From contig NIVC01000112.1 of NCBI GenBank assembly GCA_002269645.1, forward strand, positions 330,520 through 394,519: DNA of 64,000 nt, written 5' to 3'. Below are positions 28,020 through 40,699 of this stretch, piece after piece. The stretch's first letter is position 1. Every line of letters begins with the position of its first letter. The stretch is from Macrostomum lignano. Lineage: Eukaryota. Under the pieces are notes generated by a model. It was not told where the DNA came from. It saw only the letters and a list, made by a program, of their open reading frames with translations, and ran no database searches. A program made the translations under genes and the position numbers.

Positions 28020-28370
28020 AACTCTGTAACTCATCAGAACAGAAACTGTAAGCATGTGAAGTTTGTCTGCTTTTTCTGTTGTTTGTGCCACTCACTCACT
28101 CATTCCCCCCAGAGCCAGACCAAGGGTTAGCGATAGGGCTGAATGTACATGGCAATGTACAGTGTTTTGGAAAAGCTTTATTTATAGCCTTCTCTGTAGC
28201 CCGTTTAGAGGCTACGCTTAGCCATGACAGTTAAGTGAGAAATTCTAACCACTGTCCTCTGTATGGGCAAGCTCTGCAGCAGTTTAACAAAGAATTGCAA
28301 TTTGCAAATCAAGGCAGCATGGTTTGTAAAAGCGAAATATTTATAAAAAAGCGATGCAATGGGGGGTTAA

Positions 28371-28586
28371 CTGGAAGAGAGAACTCCAGGCAACGGCCAA
28401 AGCCACGTTTCTATGGCACTTGATTTGAATGGTTCTTCACAAGCTGTTGCGACTCCATTGCGTGAGAGTTCACCGGTGCCAGTACCTGTGTCGTCTTCCG
28501 TGCAGATCACCGGCATCAGTCATGACAATCCGTCGGTCAGGTACAGTTTCCACAACTGTTCATTCAATGGCTGCAAATTTGAGTAA
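28371..28586 (+). pseudogene. Possible C-terminal remnant of a Crypton/DUF3504 recombinase
   Basis: Stop-bounded frame ending ...SMALDL...VRYSFHNCSFNGCKFE*. An F-x-N-C-x-F-x-x-C tail is typical of these proteins (from memory). Confidence 0.35.
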
Positions 28587-29199
28587 TGGACTCAACCGTC
28601 GTATTTTCTGGACTTTCTCCTGCTGTCGTGATGAGAACATGACCATAGGTTAGACTTGCACTCAATTGACTAAGCAGTGTTATTGTTGGAACATTTTTTG
28701 TTGGACAAAAAAAAATATAAGAATTTCACGCTTCGTGTTACTTTTTTCGCCTATGGTATTGTTGTCCAGTCTTGTTTTTTTACCTCCAGAAAATGGCCGG
28801 TCATTGTCCGGAGGTCATTGCCATGAACAAATATTTCGGGCAATGCAATACAACCCTACTAAATTAGTCACACCATGGAAATGGAAATTTTAACATTAAG
28901 TTTCACTCAAAGGTACTTTAAAATTTACATGGCCTTTTACGAAATGCGCATTTCCTTGGTTGTTAGACCGATGAAGACTGCAGTGGAGCTGGAGATACAC
29001 AAATTTCTCCTTGGGCTGCAAATTGGCCAGAAAGATGACGTGATCAAAGCATGAGATTGAGAACAACCATGGAGTACTAAGTTTCACAAGCTGGCTTTCG
29101 TATCAGGGATGGGCAGAATTTTACCTCAAAGGCCAGATAAAGAATCCAACTCATGGCTGCGGGCCAGATGAGACTGGAAAGGAGACGAAAAAGACGATT

Positions 29200-30660
29200 C
29201 GAAAAGAGGAGAGGAGAGAGACGGGATATAAGAAAAGATAAAAGACAGAGGGGAGAAGGGAGAGAGTGGTGATAAGAGAGTGGAGATACTCAGATGAGCG
29301 AGCAGAGAGGAGAGAAGAGATAAGACAGGAGAGAGGAGAAAGGATAAATGAGAGAGTAAATGGAAGAGGAGGAGAGAGAAGAGATAAGACAGGAGAGAGG
29401 AGAAAGGATAAATGAGAGAGTAAATGGAAGAGGAGGAGAGAGAAGAGATAATATTGTAGAGATGAGAGAGATGAAGGGAGAGATGAGAGAGTAGAGATGA
29501 GAGATGAAGGAAGGGAGAGGAGAGAGAAGAGAGGAGAAGGGGGAGAGTATAGAACAGGGAAGAGAAGAGAGAAGAGGAGAAAGGAAAGAGAAGAGTCAGA
29601 AGAGGGGAAAGAGAAGAGTACACATGAGAGAGGGGAGAAGAGAGATGAGAGGAGAGAGAAGAGAGGAGGCATGAGAGAGGAGAGAGTAGAGAGAAGAGAT
29701 AAGAGAGGAAAGATTAGAGAGCAGAGGGGTGAGAGGAGAGAGCAGAGACAAGAGAGGAAAGATGAGAGAGCACAGAGAGATAGAGAAGAGAGGAGAGACG
29801 AGAGACAAAGGGAGAGAGAAGTGGAGTGAGGACAGAGGAGAGGAGAGAAGAGAGAAGATGGGAGAGAGAATCGTGAGGACAAGGGAGAGGTGGAGGAGAG
29901 AGAGGAAAGAGAAGAGGGAGAGAGTAGAGGGGAGAAAAGAGAGATGAGAGGACAGAGAGATAACATGATAGATGAGAGAGTAAGGAAGAGAAAGTAGAGA
30001 GAATAGAGAATAGAGAAGAGATGAGACAGGAAAGAGTAGAAAGGAGAGAGGCTCAAAACAAGAGTGGAGAGAGTAGAGAGATGGTAGGAGAGAAGAAAGA
30101 GGAGAGAGGAGAGAAGAGGGAAGTGTTAAGAGAAGAGAGAGTCAGGTGTGAGAAGAGGGAGAGAGAAAAGAGAGGAGATAAGAGAGCAGAGATAAAAGAG
30201 GAGAAAGGAGAAATGAGAGAGCAGAGACGAGAGAGATGAGAGAGAAGAGGGAGAGATGAAAGGAGAGAGGAGAGAGGAGAGAGGAGAGGAGAGAAGAGAG
30301 GAGAGAGAGAGAGAGAAGGGAGAAGAGAGGAGAGAAGAGGGGAGAGATGAGAGGAGAGAAGAGAGGAGAGAGAGAGAGAGAAGGGAGAAGAGAGAGAGAA
30401 GAGGGGAGAGATGAGAGGAGAGAGAAGAGAGGAGAGAGGAGAGGAGAGAAGAGAGGAGAGAGAGAGAGAAGGGAGAGAGAGAGGAGAGAAGAGGGGAGAG
30501 ATGAGAGAGAGAGAGAGAGAGAGGAGGGGAAAAAGACGAGGGAAGAGGGGAGAGAGGAGAGAGAAAATATGAGAAAAGAGATAAGATGAGATGAGAGAGC
30601 AGAGACGAGAGGGAAGAGAGGAGAGAGAAGACATGAGAGACGAGAGGAGGGAGAAGAGAG
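29200..30660. repeat. GA-rich polypurine low-complexity tract
   Basis: Direct inspection. Confidence 0.95.
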
Positions 30661-31399
30661 GAAACAGAAGAAAATATAGAAGTTTCAAAGGATCCAAGGG
30701 ATATAGAGAGAGGCAGAGGCAGATGCCAGTTGCCAATGCACGTTTTAAACAGACATTGCCTGACATACTGCCAACAAGATCAATGCTTGTCTCAAAATTT
30801 AATTTTACACGAATTTACTCCATTTTATGTTTTCCTCTATCTTAACTATTAACAGGTTTTTGTTTGAGTATGGCCTCAGATTTCAGAATACATGCAAAAA
30901 TAGTTCCAGGGATTGGAATTCCGCCGGGTTCAAAATCCGCGTGTTTCAACAGCTTGTCTTACAACTAATAAAAGTGCACACGCATCCTATCACTGACCCA
31001 GTAATGCTCGACTATATTTTAGCGAATGTAGACTTTATAGTGTTGAATTGACTCTACCTGCGTTGACAGATGAGAAAGTTCGAGATCACGAAGCGCCATG
31101 GAAGGTAGAGTCTAATTTATTACCTGTAATTTGCAAAGGCTCAGAAACCTTAAGGTCAACCTATTTATTTTATCCACCAAAATAGACTGAATTCCAAGCA
31201 ATGGTTGAAATCAGGGAAATACCAGAGAGCCTGCAGTTACTTAATTATAACTGTTGCAAGTTGAGAGGCCACGTGCTACACACCTCGGCAAAAGATTTGC
31301 AAGATTTTGTTTTCAAAGCTGCTATTTATGGCTCAAAACCATGTCTGATGTCTAATTAAGGACTGAAGATTGACACTTTATATCATAACTTGCCCTCAG

Positions 31400-34348
31400 C
31401 GCTCCCATTTCTCTTGCCATTCCTCCCATCCGCCCCTCTGCGTCCCAGCTATCAGCCCTCATTCCTCCCAGCTATCTGCCCCATTCCTCCTAGCTATCTG
31501 CCCCATTCCTCCCAGCTATCAGCCCTCATTCCTCCCAGCTATCTGCCCCATTCCTCCTAGCTATCTGCCCCATTCCTCCCAGCTATCAGCCCTCATTCCT
31601 CCTAGCTATCTGCCCCATTCCTCCTAGCTATCTGCCCCATTCCTCCTAGCTATCCGCCCCCATTCCTCTCAGCTATCCGCCCCATTCCTCCCAGCTATCT
31701 ACCCCATTCCTCCTAGCTATCCGCCCCCATTCCTCCCAGCTATCTGCCCCATTCCTCCTAGCTATCCGCCCCCATTCCTCCCAGCTATCTGCCCCATTCC
31801 TCCTAGCTATCCGCCCCCATTCCTCCCAGCTATCTGCCCCATTCCTCCTAGCTATCCGCCCCCATTCCTCTCAGCTATCCGCCCCATTCCTCTCAGCTAT
31901 CCGCCCCATTCCTCTCAGCTATCCGCCCCCATTCCTCTCAGCTATCCGCCCCCATTCCTCCCAGCTATCTGCCCCATTCCTCCTAGCTATCCGCCCCCAT
32001 TCCTCTCAGCTATCCGCCCCATTCCTCCCAACTATCTGCCCCATTCCTCCCAGCTATCCACCCCCATTCCTCCCAGCTATCTGCCCCATTCCTCCCAGCT
32101 ATCTGCCCCATTCCTCCCAGCTATCTACCCCATTCCTCCTAGCTATCCGCCCCCATTCCTCCCAGCTATCTGCCCCATTCCTCCTAGCTATCCGCCCCCA
32201 TTCCTCCCAGCTATCTGCCCCATTCCTCCTAGCTATCCGCCCCCATTCCTTCCTCAGCTATCTGCCCCATTCCTCCAGCTATCTGCCCCATTCCTCTCAG
32301 CTATCCGCCCCATTCCTCTCAGCTATCCGCCCATTCCTCTCAGCTATCCGCCCCATTCCTCCCAGCTATCTGCCCCATTCCTCCTAGCTATCCGCCCCAT
32401 TCCTCCAGCTATCCGCCCCATTCCTCTAGCTAGCTATCCGCCCCATTCCTCTCAGCTATCCGCCCCATTCCTCTCAGCTATCCGCCCCATTCCTCTCAGC
32501 TATCCGCCCCCATTCCTCTCAGCTATCCGCCCCATTCCTCCCAGCTATCTGCCCCATTCCTCCTAGCTATCCGCCCCCATTCCTCAGCTATCCGCCCCAT
32601 TCCTCCCAACTATCTGCCCCATTCCTCCCAGCTATCCACCCCATTCCTCCCAGCTATCTGCCCCATTCCTCCCAGCTATCTGCCCCATTCCTCCCAGCTA
32701 TCCCCCATTCCTCCTAGCTATCCGCCCCATTCCTCCCAGCTATCCGCCCCTCCGCTATCCGCCCCATTCCTCCTAGCTATCCGCCCCCATTCCACCCAGC
32801 TATCTGCCCCATTCCTCCTAGCTATCTGCCCCATTCCTCTCAGCTATCCGCCCCATTCCTCTCAGCTATCCGCCCCATTCCTCTCAGCTATCCGCCCCAT
32901 TCCTCTAGCTATCCGCCCCATTCCTCCAGCTATCTGCCCCATTCCTCCTAGCTATCCGCCCCATTCCTCTCAGCTATCCGCCCCCATTCCTCCCAGCTAT
33001 CTGCCCCATTCCTCCAGCTATCCCCCCCATTCCTCCCAGCTATCTGCCCCATTCCTCCCAGCTATCTGCCCCATTCCTCCCAGCTATCTGCCCCATTCCT
33101 CCTAGCTATCTGCCCCATTCCTCCTAGCTATCTGCCCCATTCCTCCCAGCTATCCGCCCCATTCCTCCCAGCTATCCGCCCCATTCCTCCCAGCTATCTG
33201 CCCCATTCCTCTCAGCTATCCGCCCCATTCCTCTCAGCTATCCGCCCCCATTCCTCCCAGCTATCTGCCCCATTCCTCCTAGCTATCCGCCCCCATTCCT
33301 CTCAGCTATCCGCCCCATTCCTCCCAGCTATCTGCCCCATTCCTCCCAGCTATCCACCCCCATTCCTCCCAGCTATCTGCCCCATTCCTCCCAGCTATCT
33401 GCCCCATTCCTCCCAGCTATCTGCCCCATTCCTCCTAGCTATCTGCCCCATTCCTCCTAGCTATCTGCCCCATTCCTCCCAGCTATCTGCCCCATTCCTC
33501 CAGCTATCCGCCCCATTCCTCCAGCTATCTGCCCCCTTCCTCCTAGCTATCTGCCACATTCCTCTCAGCTATCCGCCCCCATTCCTCCCAGCTATCCGCC
33601 CCCATTCCTCCTAGCTATCCGCCCCCATTCCTCCCAGCTATCTGCCCCCTTCCTCTCAGCTATCCGCCCCATTCCTCTCAGCTATCCGCCCCATTCCTCT
33701 CAGCTATCCGCCCCCATTCCTCTCAGCTATCCGCCCCCATTCCTCCCAGCTATCTGCCCCATTCCTCCTAGCTATCCGCCCCCATTCCTCTCAGCTATCC
33801 GCCCCATTCCTCCCAACTATCTGCCCCATTCCTCCCAGCTATCCACCCCCATTCCTCCCAGCTATCTGCCCCATTCCTCCCAGCTATCTGCCCCATTCCT
33901 CCTAGCTATCTGCCCCATTCCTCCCAGCTATCTGCCCCATTCCTCCCAGCTATCTGCCCCATTCCTCCCAGCTATCTGCCCCATTTCTCCCAGCTATCCG
34001 CCCCCATTCCTCTCAGCTATCCGCCCCCATTTTTCTCAGCTATCCGCCCCCATTCCTCCAGCTATCCACCCCCATTCCTCTCAGCTATCCGCCCCCATTC
34101 CTCTCAGCTATCTGCCCCATTCCTCCCAGCTATCTGCCCCATTCCTCCCAGCTATCAGCCCTCATTCCTCCCAGCTATCCACCCCCATTCCTCCCAGCTA
34201 TCAGCCCTCATTCCTCCCAGCTATCCACCCCCATTCCTCTCAGCTATCCGCCCCCATTCCTCTCAGCTATCCGCCCCCATTCCTCTCAGCTATCCGCCCC
34301 CATTCCTCTCAGCTATCCGCCCCCATTCCTTCCAGCTATCCGCCCCAT
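31400..34348. repeat. About 22-23-bp minisatellite (CCCCATTCCTCCCAGCTATCYGC), about 3 kb
   Basis: Direct inspection. Confidence 0.97.
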
Positions 34349-34978
34349 GCGCCCCAGCTTATTGTGTATACTTTAAGTAGAATAGAATTGAATATCGGAT
34401 TATTATATGAATATAATATTCCGACTCTATGACGTCAATACATGACTCGAAGCAAAGGTCACGGACAAAAAAATGAGGCAAGAGGAACAGAGGGTATTTG
34501 CACAGTACAAGATTCGCAAACAAGTGTGTTAGTAGAAGTTCATGAAGCAAAGAAGCCCCAACACACATCTGCTTCCGTAGCCGTGTGAGCAGTGAGAACA
34601 GTTTTAAAAACGTAGCTTTAGATGAAGCCGCATCTCACAGGTGAATTTCATGCATCCAGCGGGCAATGTTGCCTCCCCACCTCTCACTCGCCTGTCCTAC
34701 AGAAATTCGCTATCTTTCAAAGCAAGAGGCGGCTGAGATTGTAGCGAAGGAAACCTCGGGTCGACTGCTCCGTTGCTCAATCTGCAAGTTGCGTGCGCGA
34801 CAGACGGAAGCTTCTGGCAGCATGAAGATGGGCAGTTGCTGAAGACGTCACAGACAGCTAGCATTAGCTTTAACTAGATGCAACTGCTGTTCATGTGTGC
34901 AATATGATGTTTTATTTATCATATTTTGCAAGACTTTATGACAACGCTCTATTTCATTTAAATTAAAAAATTAAAAAC

Positions 34979-35298
<320 letters not shown>

Positions 35299-36287
35299 GT
35301 AGGGCACGGTCACAATTCAGACATGCTCTGCGCATTTTTTGCAACAAAATCATTAAATTTGGAAGCGCAAAAGTGAACTGGAGATGCGACAAAATATAAA
35401 TAAGATAATTTTTCTTATCGAGATTATACGGTAGTCGGTTTCGCGGCATGCTACTCAAGCTACTTGGCAAAGTAGTCTAAATGGAATAGCTTATGAAATA
35501 TTTTTGAAAACATACTATTTATTTCACCATATTTAATCATGCCTTTAGTTTCAACTTAAAAAAATTGTTTTAATTCGTATGATTTCAATGGTCCTTGACT
35601 TTCAGATTGAACGTCCTGTTTTATCTGACATGAGCTAATCATCAGTCTTCCCTGAGCACAGCGCTGAGTAGAGTTTCGCCATAGACAAAACTTTGGTCGG
35701 GAAAAAACTGCGACCGCGACTTCTGACTGTTCTGCCAGCTCAACGACGTCATCAGCCTCCTAATGCAACGCTATTCCCCATTTTTTTGCTCTAAAATATG
35801 TGAAAGACACAGTGCCGTGTCCAGGATTATCCATTGGGGGATCCATTCCATATCCATATCCATCCAAGGACCTTATTTGGGGTTGCAACAAAGTTCGCCT
35901 CTGCGAACGCCACTGAAAAGAAAAAACCCCCTCTCGTACACCCGTTGCTATACGGTTTGCGAAGCGGCCTAGGTTGTATTGCATTTTCTTTGTACATGTG
36001 CCTTAAGTTAGTGTAGTAGCGCTGAATGTGTTTGTACATTTAAAAAAGAGAACTTCAGTTTTTACGCTAGGGAGTGTACTGTGCCAAGTGTACACTTTAC
36101 TGTCCGACCGCATATACTACATGTACTTCTCTATTCCCGCTCTGCTCTCCCTTCCCCCCTCCCCCCAGTTCGTGTGTACACTGCACAGTGCATAAAACCC
36201 GGCCCTTCATGGAATTGCCGCGGGTTTTCCTTCGTTTAATAAAACCGTAGCAAGAATTAAGCTTTAATATTATTAAAAACTGCTGAT

Positions 36288-37034
36288 ATGGCTTCGCCTC
36301 TGTCAGGCCATGAGATCCAAATGGACTATTCTCAATGGGAGAATCGGCTGCAGTCCATCGCAGCTCACTGGTACCCGCAGTACATTCAGCCATGTCAGCT
36401 GGCTGACAGCGGCTTCTATGCTCTTCCCAACAGCCAGGGCGAAGCCACTTGCTTCAGTTGCGGCTGCAGTATCAGCGACTGGTCCCGCCACACCAACGCC
36501 TGGCTGCCACACGCCCTGCGGTCTCCTCAGTGCCAGCATCTCCGCCTGCAGCTGGACCAACGGCCTGACATCCTGCTGGAGTTCATCGTGCGCCCGATGC
36601 TGCAGCAGCCCCGACAGGACCAGCTCATCTGGTCCCTGCTCGCCGGTCTAAGCACCGAAACAGCTCAGACTCTGGCGGCGAACCCTCGGGCTGCCGAGCT
36701 GCTGCAGCTCCGTCAACAGCCCACAGAGGCTCAGCGGTTGCGAAGCCTCGGAGATGAGCAGCTGCCGCAGCAGGCCAGAGACCTAGCGGCGAAGTGCGCC
36801 GTCTTCAACCGGCCAGCCCAGTTTCCCGGCTTCGAAACCGCGGACGAAGTCAAGATGCCCGCCGGTCTGGAATGTCGGATCTGCTTCGCCCAGCCGCTGC
36901 AGGTTCTCCTGCTGCCGTGCGGGCATCTCTGCTGCTGCCGGAGCTGCTTCGGCCGGATCAGCATGGAACAGCGGGCCAGGTGTCCGATCTGCAGAGCTCA
37001 CCTGGATGCTCACCTGAGTGTCCGAATCACCTAG
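36288..37034 (+). CDS. Inhibitor-of-apoptosis (BIRC/IAP family) protein, 248 aa, one BIR plus C-terminal RING, intronless
   Basis: BIR has RLQS, LADSGF and C-x2-C-x16-H-x6-C (CFSC...H..RSPQC). C3HC4 RING: CRIC..PCGH..C..C..CPIC. Confidence 0.93.
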   Translation: MASPLSGHEIQMDYSQWENRLQSIAAHWYPQYIQPCQLADSGFYALPNSQGEATCFSCGCSISDWSRHTNAWLPHALRSPQCQHLRLQLDQRPDILLEFIVRPMLQQPRQDQLIWSLLAGLSTETAQTLAANPRAAELLQLRQQPTEAQRLRSLGDEQLPQQARDLAAKCAVFNRPAQFPGFETADEVKMPAGLECRICFAQPLQVLLLPCGHLCCCRSCFGRISMEQRARCPICRAHLDAHLSVRIT

Positions 37035-37989
37035 GAATTATATCTCTGTACACAAAACATTTTTGTGTTTTTTGCAAAGCATAAATATAAAGGTGCAGAT
37101 TTGTAAATACCGATTCAATTTTTACATAATGTTGTTGTTTTTAAAATTTTATTGAAAAAAAATGAAATGCAGACTATATTATATAAAATAATATTTGTAA
37201 AAGTTGAGTTGATAGGTCAATCTGAATTGCAGGCTGCAGGAAAGCAAGCTTCAAAACTTCTAGTACCTTGTAGACAGACGAAGCAATTCAAGCAGTGAAA
37301 GAAAGACAGGCAGCCCTGCAATGGCATAGAGAGAGAAAAACCTCAATTCGCATACATTGGGCTACGTTAGATCAACGTATATTGCAGCTAAACTATACCA
37401 CGCAAAAATAACAAAAAATAGAAGTCCCGAGACTTACCGCGTGACTCAGTTGGTAGGCAGAACCGGTTTAAACCGGTTTCGCTGTCTGAGTTTTCAGTTT
37501 GCCATGCAGACAAGAGCAGCTACAAGGTAGCACCGATTTAGAAAGTGCGTGAGCTCTCTGGGCATTTCAGCTGCCCTGCACCACTTCTGTCTTCTGGCCT
37601 GGCTCACAATTCCGCGGCAGGTTTTATGAATAGTTGTCTTAGCTGGCTTAGCCATGGAACTGCCTCGGGAAAGCCTCCGGTTGCACGCTTCAACCCGTAC
37701 TAACCAAGGCTGATTTTCCGCGGCAATTCCATGGCAATTCCGGCACATAGCTCGTACAATTAATTACCTGGTATTACTGAAAAATATATAAACCTTCTTT
37801 CCAAAAGGGAACCCGTGGAATTGCCTCGGGAATAACGTGACTCGTGCAATGCATACGTTGGATGCAACTTTCTGCGCGAAAATACAATTTGCAGTTCATT
37901 TCGAGCACTCCAGACCCCACGCTCCACATCAGATGATTTGCTAACCATCAAGCAAGAGCTTACCTTACAGCTTACCTGCTCACTTGCTC

Positions 37990-38223
<234 letters not shown>

Positions 38224-38224
38224 C

Positions 38225-38478
38225 TCAGACACGCAGGGCTCCCGGACTGTCCAGCCACCAGCCGCTGCTGCCGTTGCCGGAGCCCCGGCTGCAGTTCAGC
38301 GTCACCGCGGCGGACTCGCTGCCGCAGCCGGAGAACCGGAGTCCGGGCCGGCAGCCGAGCCGGTAGTGCCGGCCAGGCAGGGAGAATTCTGGAACTCGGC
38401 CAGCTGCGGATTGTCGGACAGGTCCAGCCCTGCCGACAGCAGCCAGCTGGCCTGGGAGCCCCGGCAGGCGGAGGCCTC
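38225..38478 (-). CDS. Probable exon 6 of the lectin/sushi gene (sushi-like), phase unresolved
   Basis: GC3-rich island encoding [14 protein letters not shown]...VTLNC...GWW (sushi/CCP-like). The 5' half reads better in a different frame. Confidence 0.45.
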
Positions 38479-38504
38479 TGCGATTTTTTGCTTTTGATTG
38501 TGTT

Positions 38505-38975
38505 CCCACACTATCAATCCCACACTATCAATCCCACCCTATCAATCCCACCCTATCAATCCCACCCTATCAATCCCACCCTATCAATCCCACCCTATCA
38601 ATCCCACACTAGCAATACCATCCTATGAATCCCACCTACCTTACTAGGTTACTAGCATTCTGGTGCTAAAGCCATTTGGTGCTAAAGCCCCTTGGAGCCA
38701 AAGCCCCTTGGAGCCAAAGCCCCTTGGTGTTAAAGCCCCCTTGGTGCTAAAGCCCCTTGGAGCCAAAGCCCCTTGGTGCTAAAGCCCCTTGGTGCTAAAG
38801 CCCCTTGGAGCCAAAGCCCCTTGGAGCCAAAGCCCCTTGGTGTTAAAGCCCCTTGGTGCTAAAGCCCCTTGGTGCCAAAGCCCCTTGGTGCCAAAGCCCC
38901 TTGGTGCCAAAGCCCCTTGGAGCCAAAGCCCCTTGGTGCTAAAGCCCCTTGTAGCCAAAGCCCCTTGGAGCTACA
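38505..38975. repeat. Two adjacent minisatellites: CTATCAATCCCAC(C) and 16-bp AAAGCCCCTTGG(AGCC/TGCT)
   Basis: Direct inspection. Confidence 0.93.
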
Positions 38976-39599
38976 ACCCCCTAAAACGGCGTCCCCAAGA
39001 TGGCGAGCCCTAGTTGGTTACTGGCGCCCCTCTAACCTGACTCAGCTGCGGGGGGGGGCTCGGGCATCGGACTCTGACCATGACTTGACGCCACAATTAA
39101 AGAATACTGCTGTGTTAAATGGTCTAATTCAGGCAACAAAATAAAGCTTCACAGATTTCAGAGATAGGTATGTAAATATTAGATGAAGATAGCTGCAGCT
39201 AGAAGCATTCGCAAGCCTACTGCCAGAATAGAAGTGAAACCATAAGGCCACAAGAGAGACGTAGTTGCAAATGTTTTGCTTAGAAAAAAAGTAAAGATAG
39301 AATCGCTGCAAACTTGTTTTAGTCTGCTTTCATGCGCCACTTGCTTCTCCGACTTACCAGGCTAAAAATAGAAATGACGCTTTTTTAGAATTTTTGGCAC
39401 AGTTTAAGTGAAGTTTGGCTGAACTAAACAGCTCATTTACTTTGGAAATGAAAATTTACTACATACGAGACTACTGATACTAGTATGTATGGTATTATAT
39501 TTGAGATTTCCATGTCTTTTCCAAAGCAAGGAGTCAAAAATTATGGAATGATCAAAATATCTCCTACCACCTTGGAAAGGAGGATAGAGGAAGAGAGTT

Positions 39600-40330
39600 G
39601 TAGATATAGGGAGACAGGGAAAGGTAGAGAAAAAGAGAAGGACAGAGGGAGAGAGGGAGAGAGAGGGAGAGGAGAGAGGAAAAGGGAGAGGGAGAGAAGG
39701 AGAGAAGGACAGAGGGAGAGGAGAGAGGGTGAGGAAGAGAAGGAGAGAGGGTGGGGGAGAGAAGGAGAGAGGGAGAGGGAGAGAAGAGGGGGAGACGGGA
39801 GACGGGAGAGGGGGAGGAGAGAGGGAGAGAGAGAGGGGAGAGGGAAAGGGGGAGAGGGAGAGAAAGAGAGAAGGATAGAGGGAGAGAGGGAGAGGGAGAG
39901 AGAAAAGAGGGAGAGGAGAGAGGGAGAGGGAGAGGGGGAGAGGTAGAGGGGGAGAGGGAGAGGGGAGAGGGAAAGGGGGAGAGGGAGAGAAAGAGAGAAG
40001 GACAGAGGGAGAGAGGGAGAGGGAGAGAGAAAAGAGGGAGAGGAGAGAGGGAGAGGGAGAGGGGGAGAGGGAGAGGGAGAGAAGGAGAGAGGGAGAGAGA
40101 GAGAAAAGAGGGAGAGGAGAGGGAGAGGGAGAGGGAGAGGGAGAGGGAGAGGGAGAGGTAGAGAAGGAGAGAGGGAAAGGGAGAGAGGAACAACAAAATA
40201 GTGAAAGGGGAGGGGAGAGGTAGAGAAGTGGAAAGATGAAGAGCCAAAGGACTAGACGGAAAGGAGAGAAGGGTGAAAATAGATAAAGGGAAGGGAAGGA
40301 AAGAAGGGTGGGGAGGGAGATGGAACAGGG
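39600..40330. repeat. GA-rich polypurine tract
   Basis: Direct inspection. Confidence 0.95.
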
Positions 40331-40418
40331 AAGGCAAGCATACCATAGGCTTGTAAACAATGCTAGAAATTCTATCGAGTTTCTATGGGAGCATTCAAAA
40401 GTACATTTTTCTACTCAC

Positions 40419-40692
40419 AATAACGCATAAATAGTGAGCCGTGAAGAAGTCGCACGGATGCTCAAGGAGCAGCGGGCTGGCGATTTGCCCGAGGGCGGTG
40501 CTCAGAGAGACGCAGAGCTGCCCGGAGATCAGCGAGTTTCCCAGACTCGGATAGTAGGGGTTCGAGACATTCGACATCGTCAGGAGAGTCAGGGAGGCTG
40601 CCAGGCCGGGCGGGGGTTGCTGGTCTGGCCAGGTGGTGCGAAGGTGCAGAACGGCTCCGGTGAACAGCGTGAGAGTGTGAATGCTGCTGGAG
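40419..40692 (-). CDS. Lectin/sushi gene exon 5 (second half of a CTL-like domain)
   Basis: Acceptor ctccgcag, donor gtgagt. Phase 2 in matches exon 4. Encodes ...GQLCVSL...EHPCDFFTAHYLCVI. Confidence 0.72.
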
Positions 40693-40699
40693 CTGCGGA

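Noticed and set aside
29126-30845. Ser/Leu- and Arg/Glu-rich ORFs (also at 39437-40360)
   Set aside because: Translations of GA-rich low-complexity tracts.
34690-34850. Possible plus-strand exon (EIRYLSKQEAAEIVAKETSG...), plus small candidates near 30870 and 31070
   Set aside because: No recognisable domain, and they could not be chained into a phase-consistent gene.
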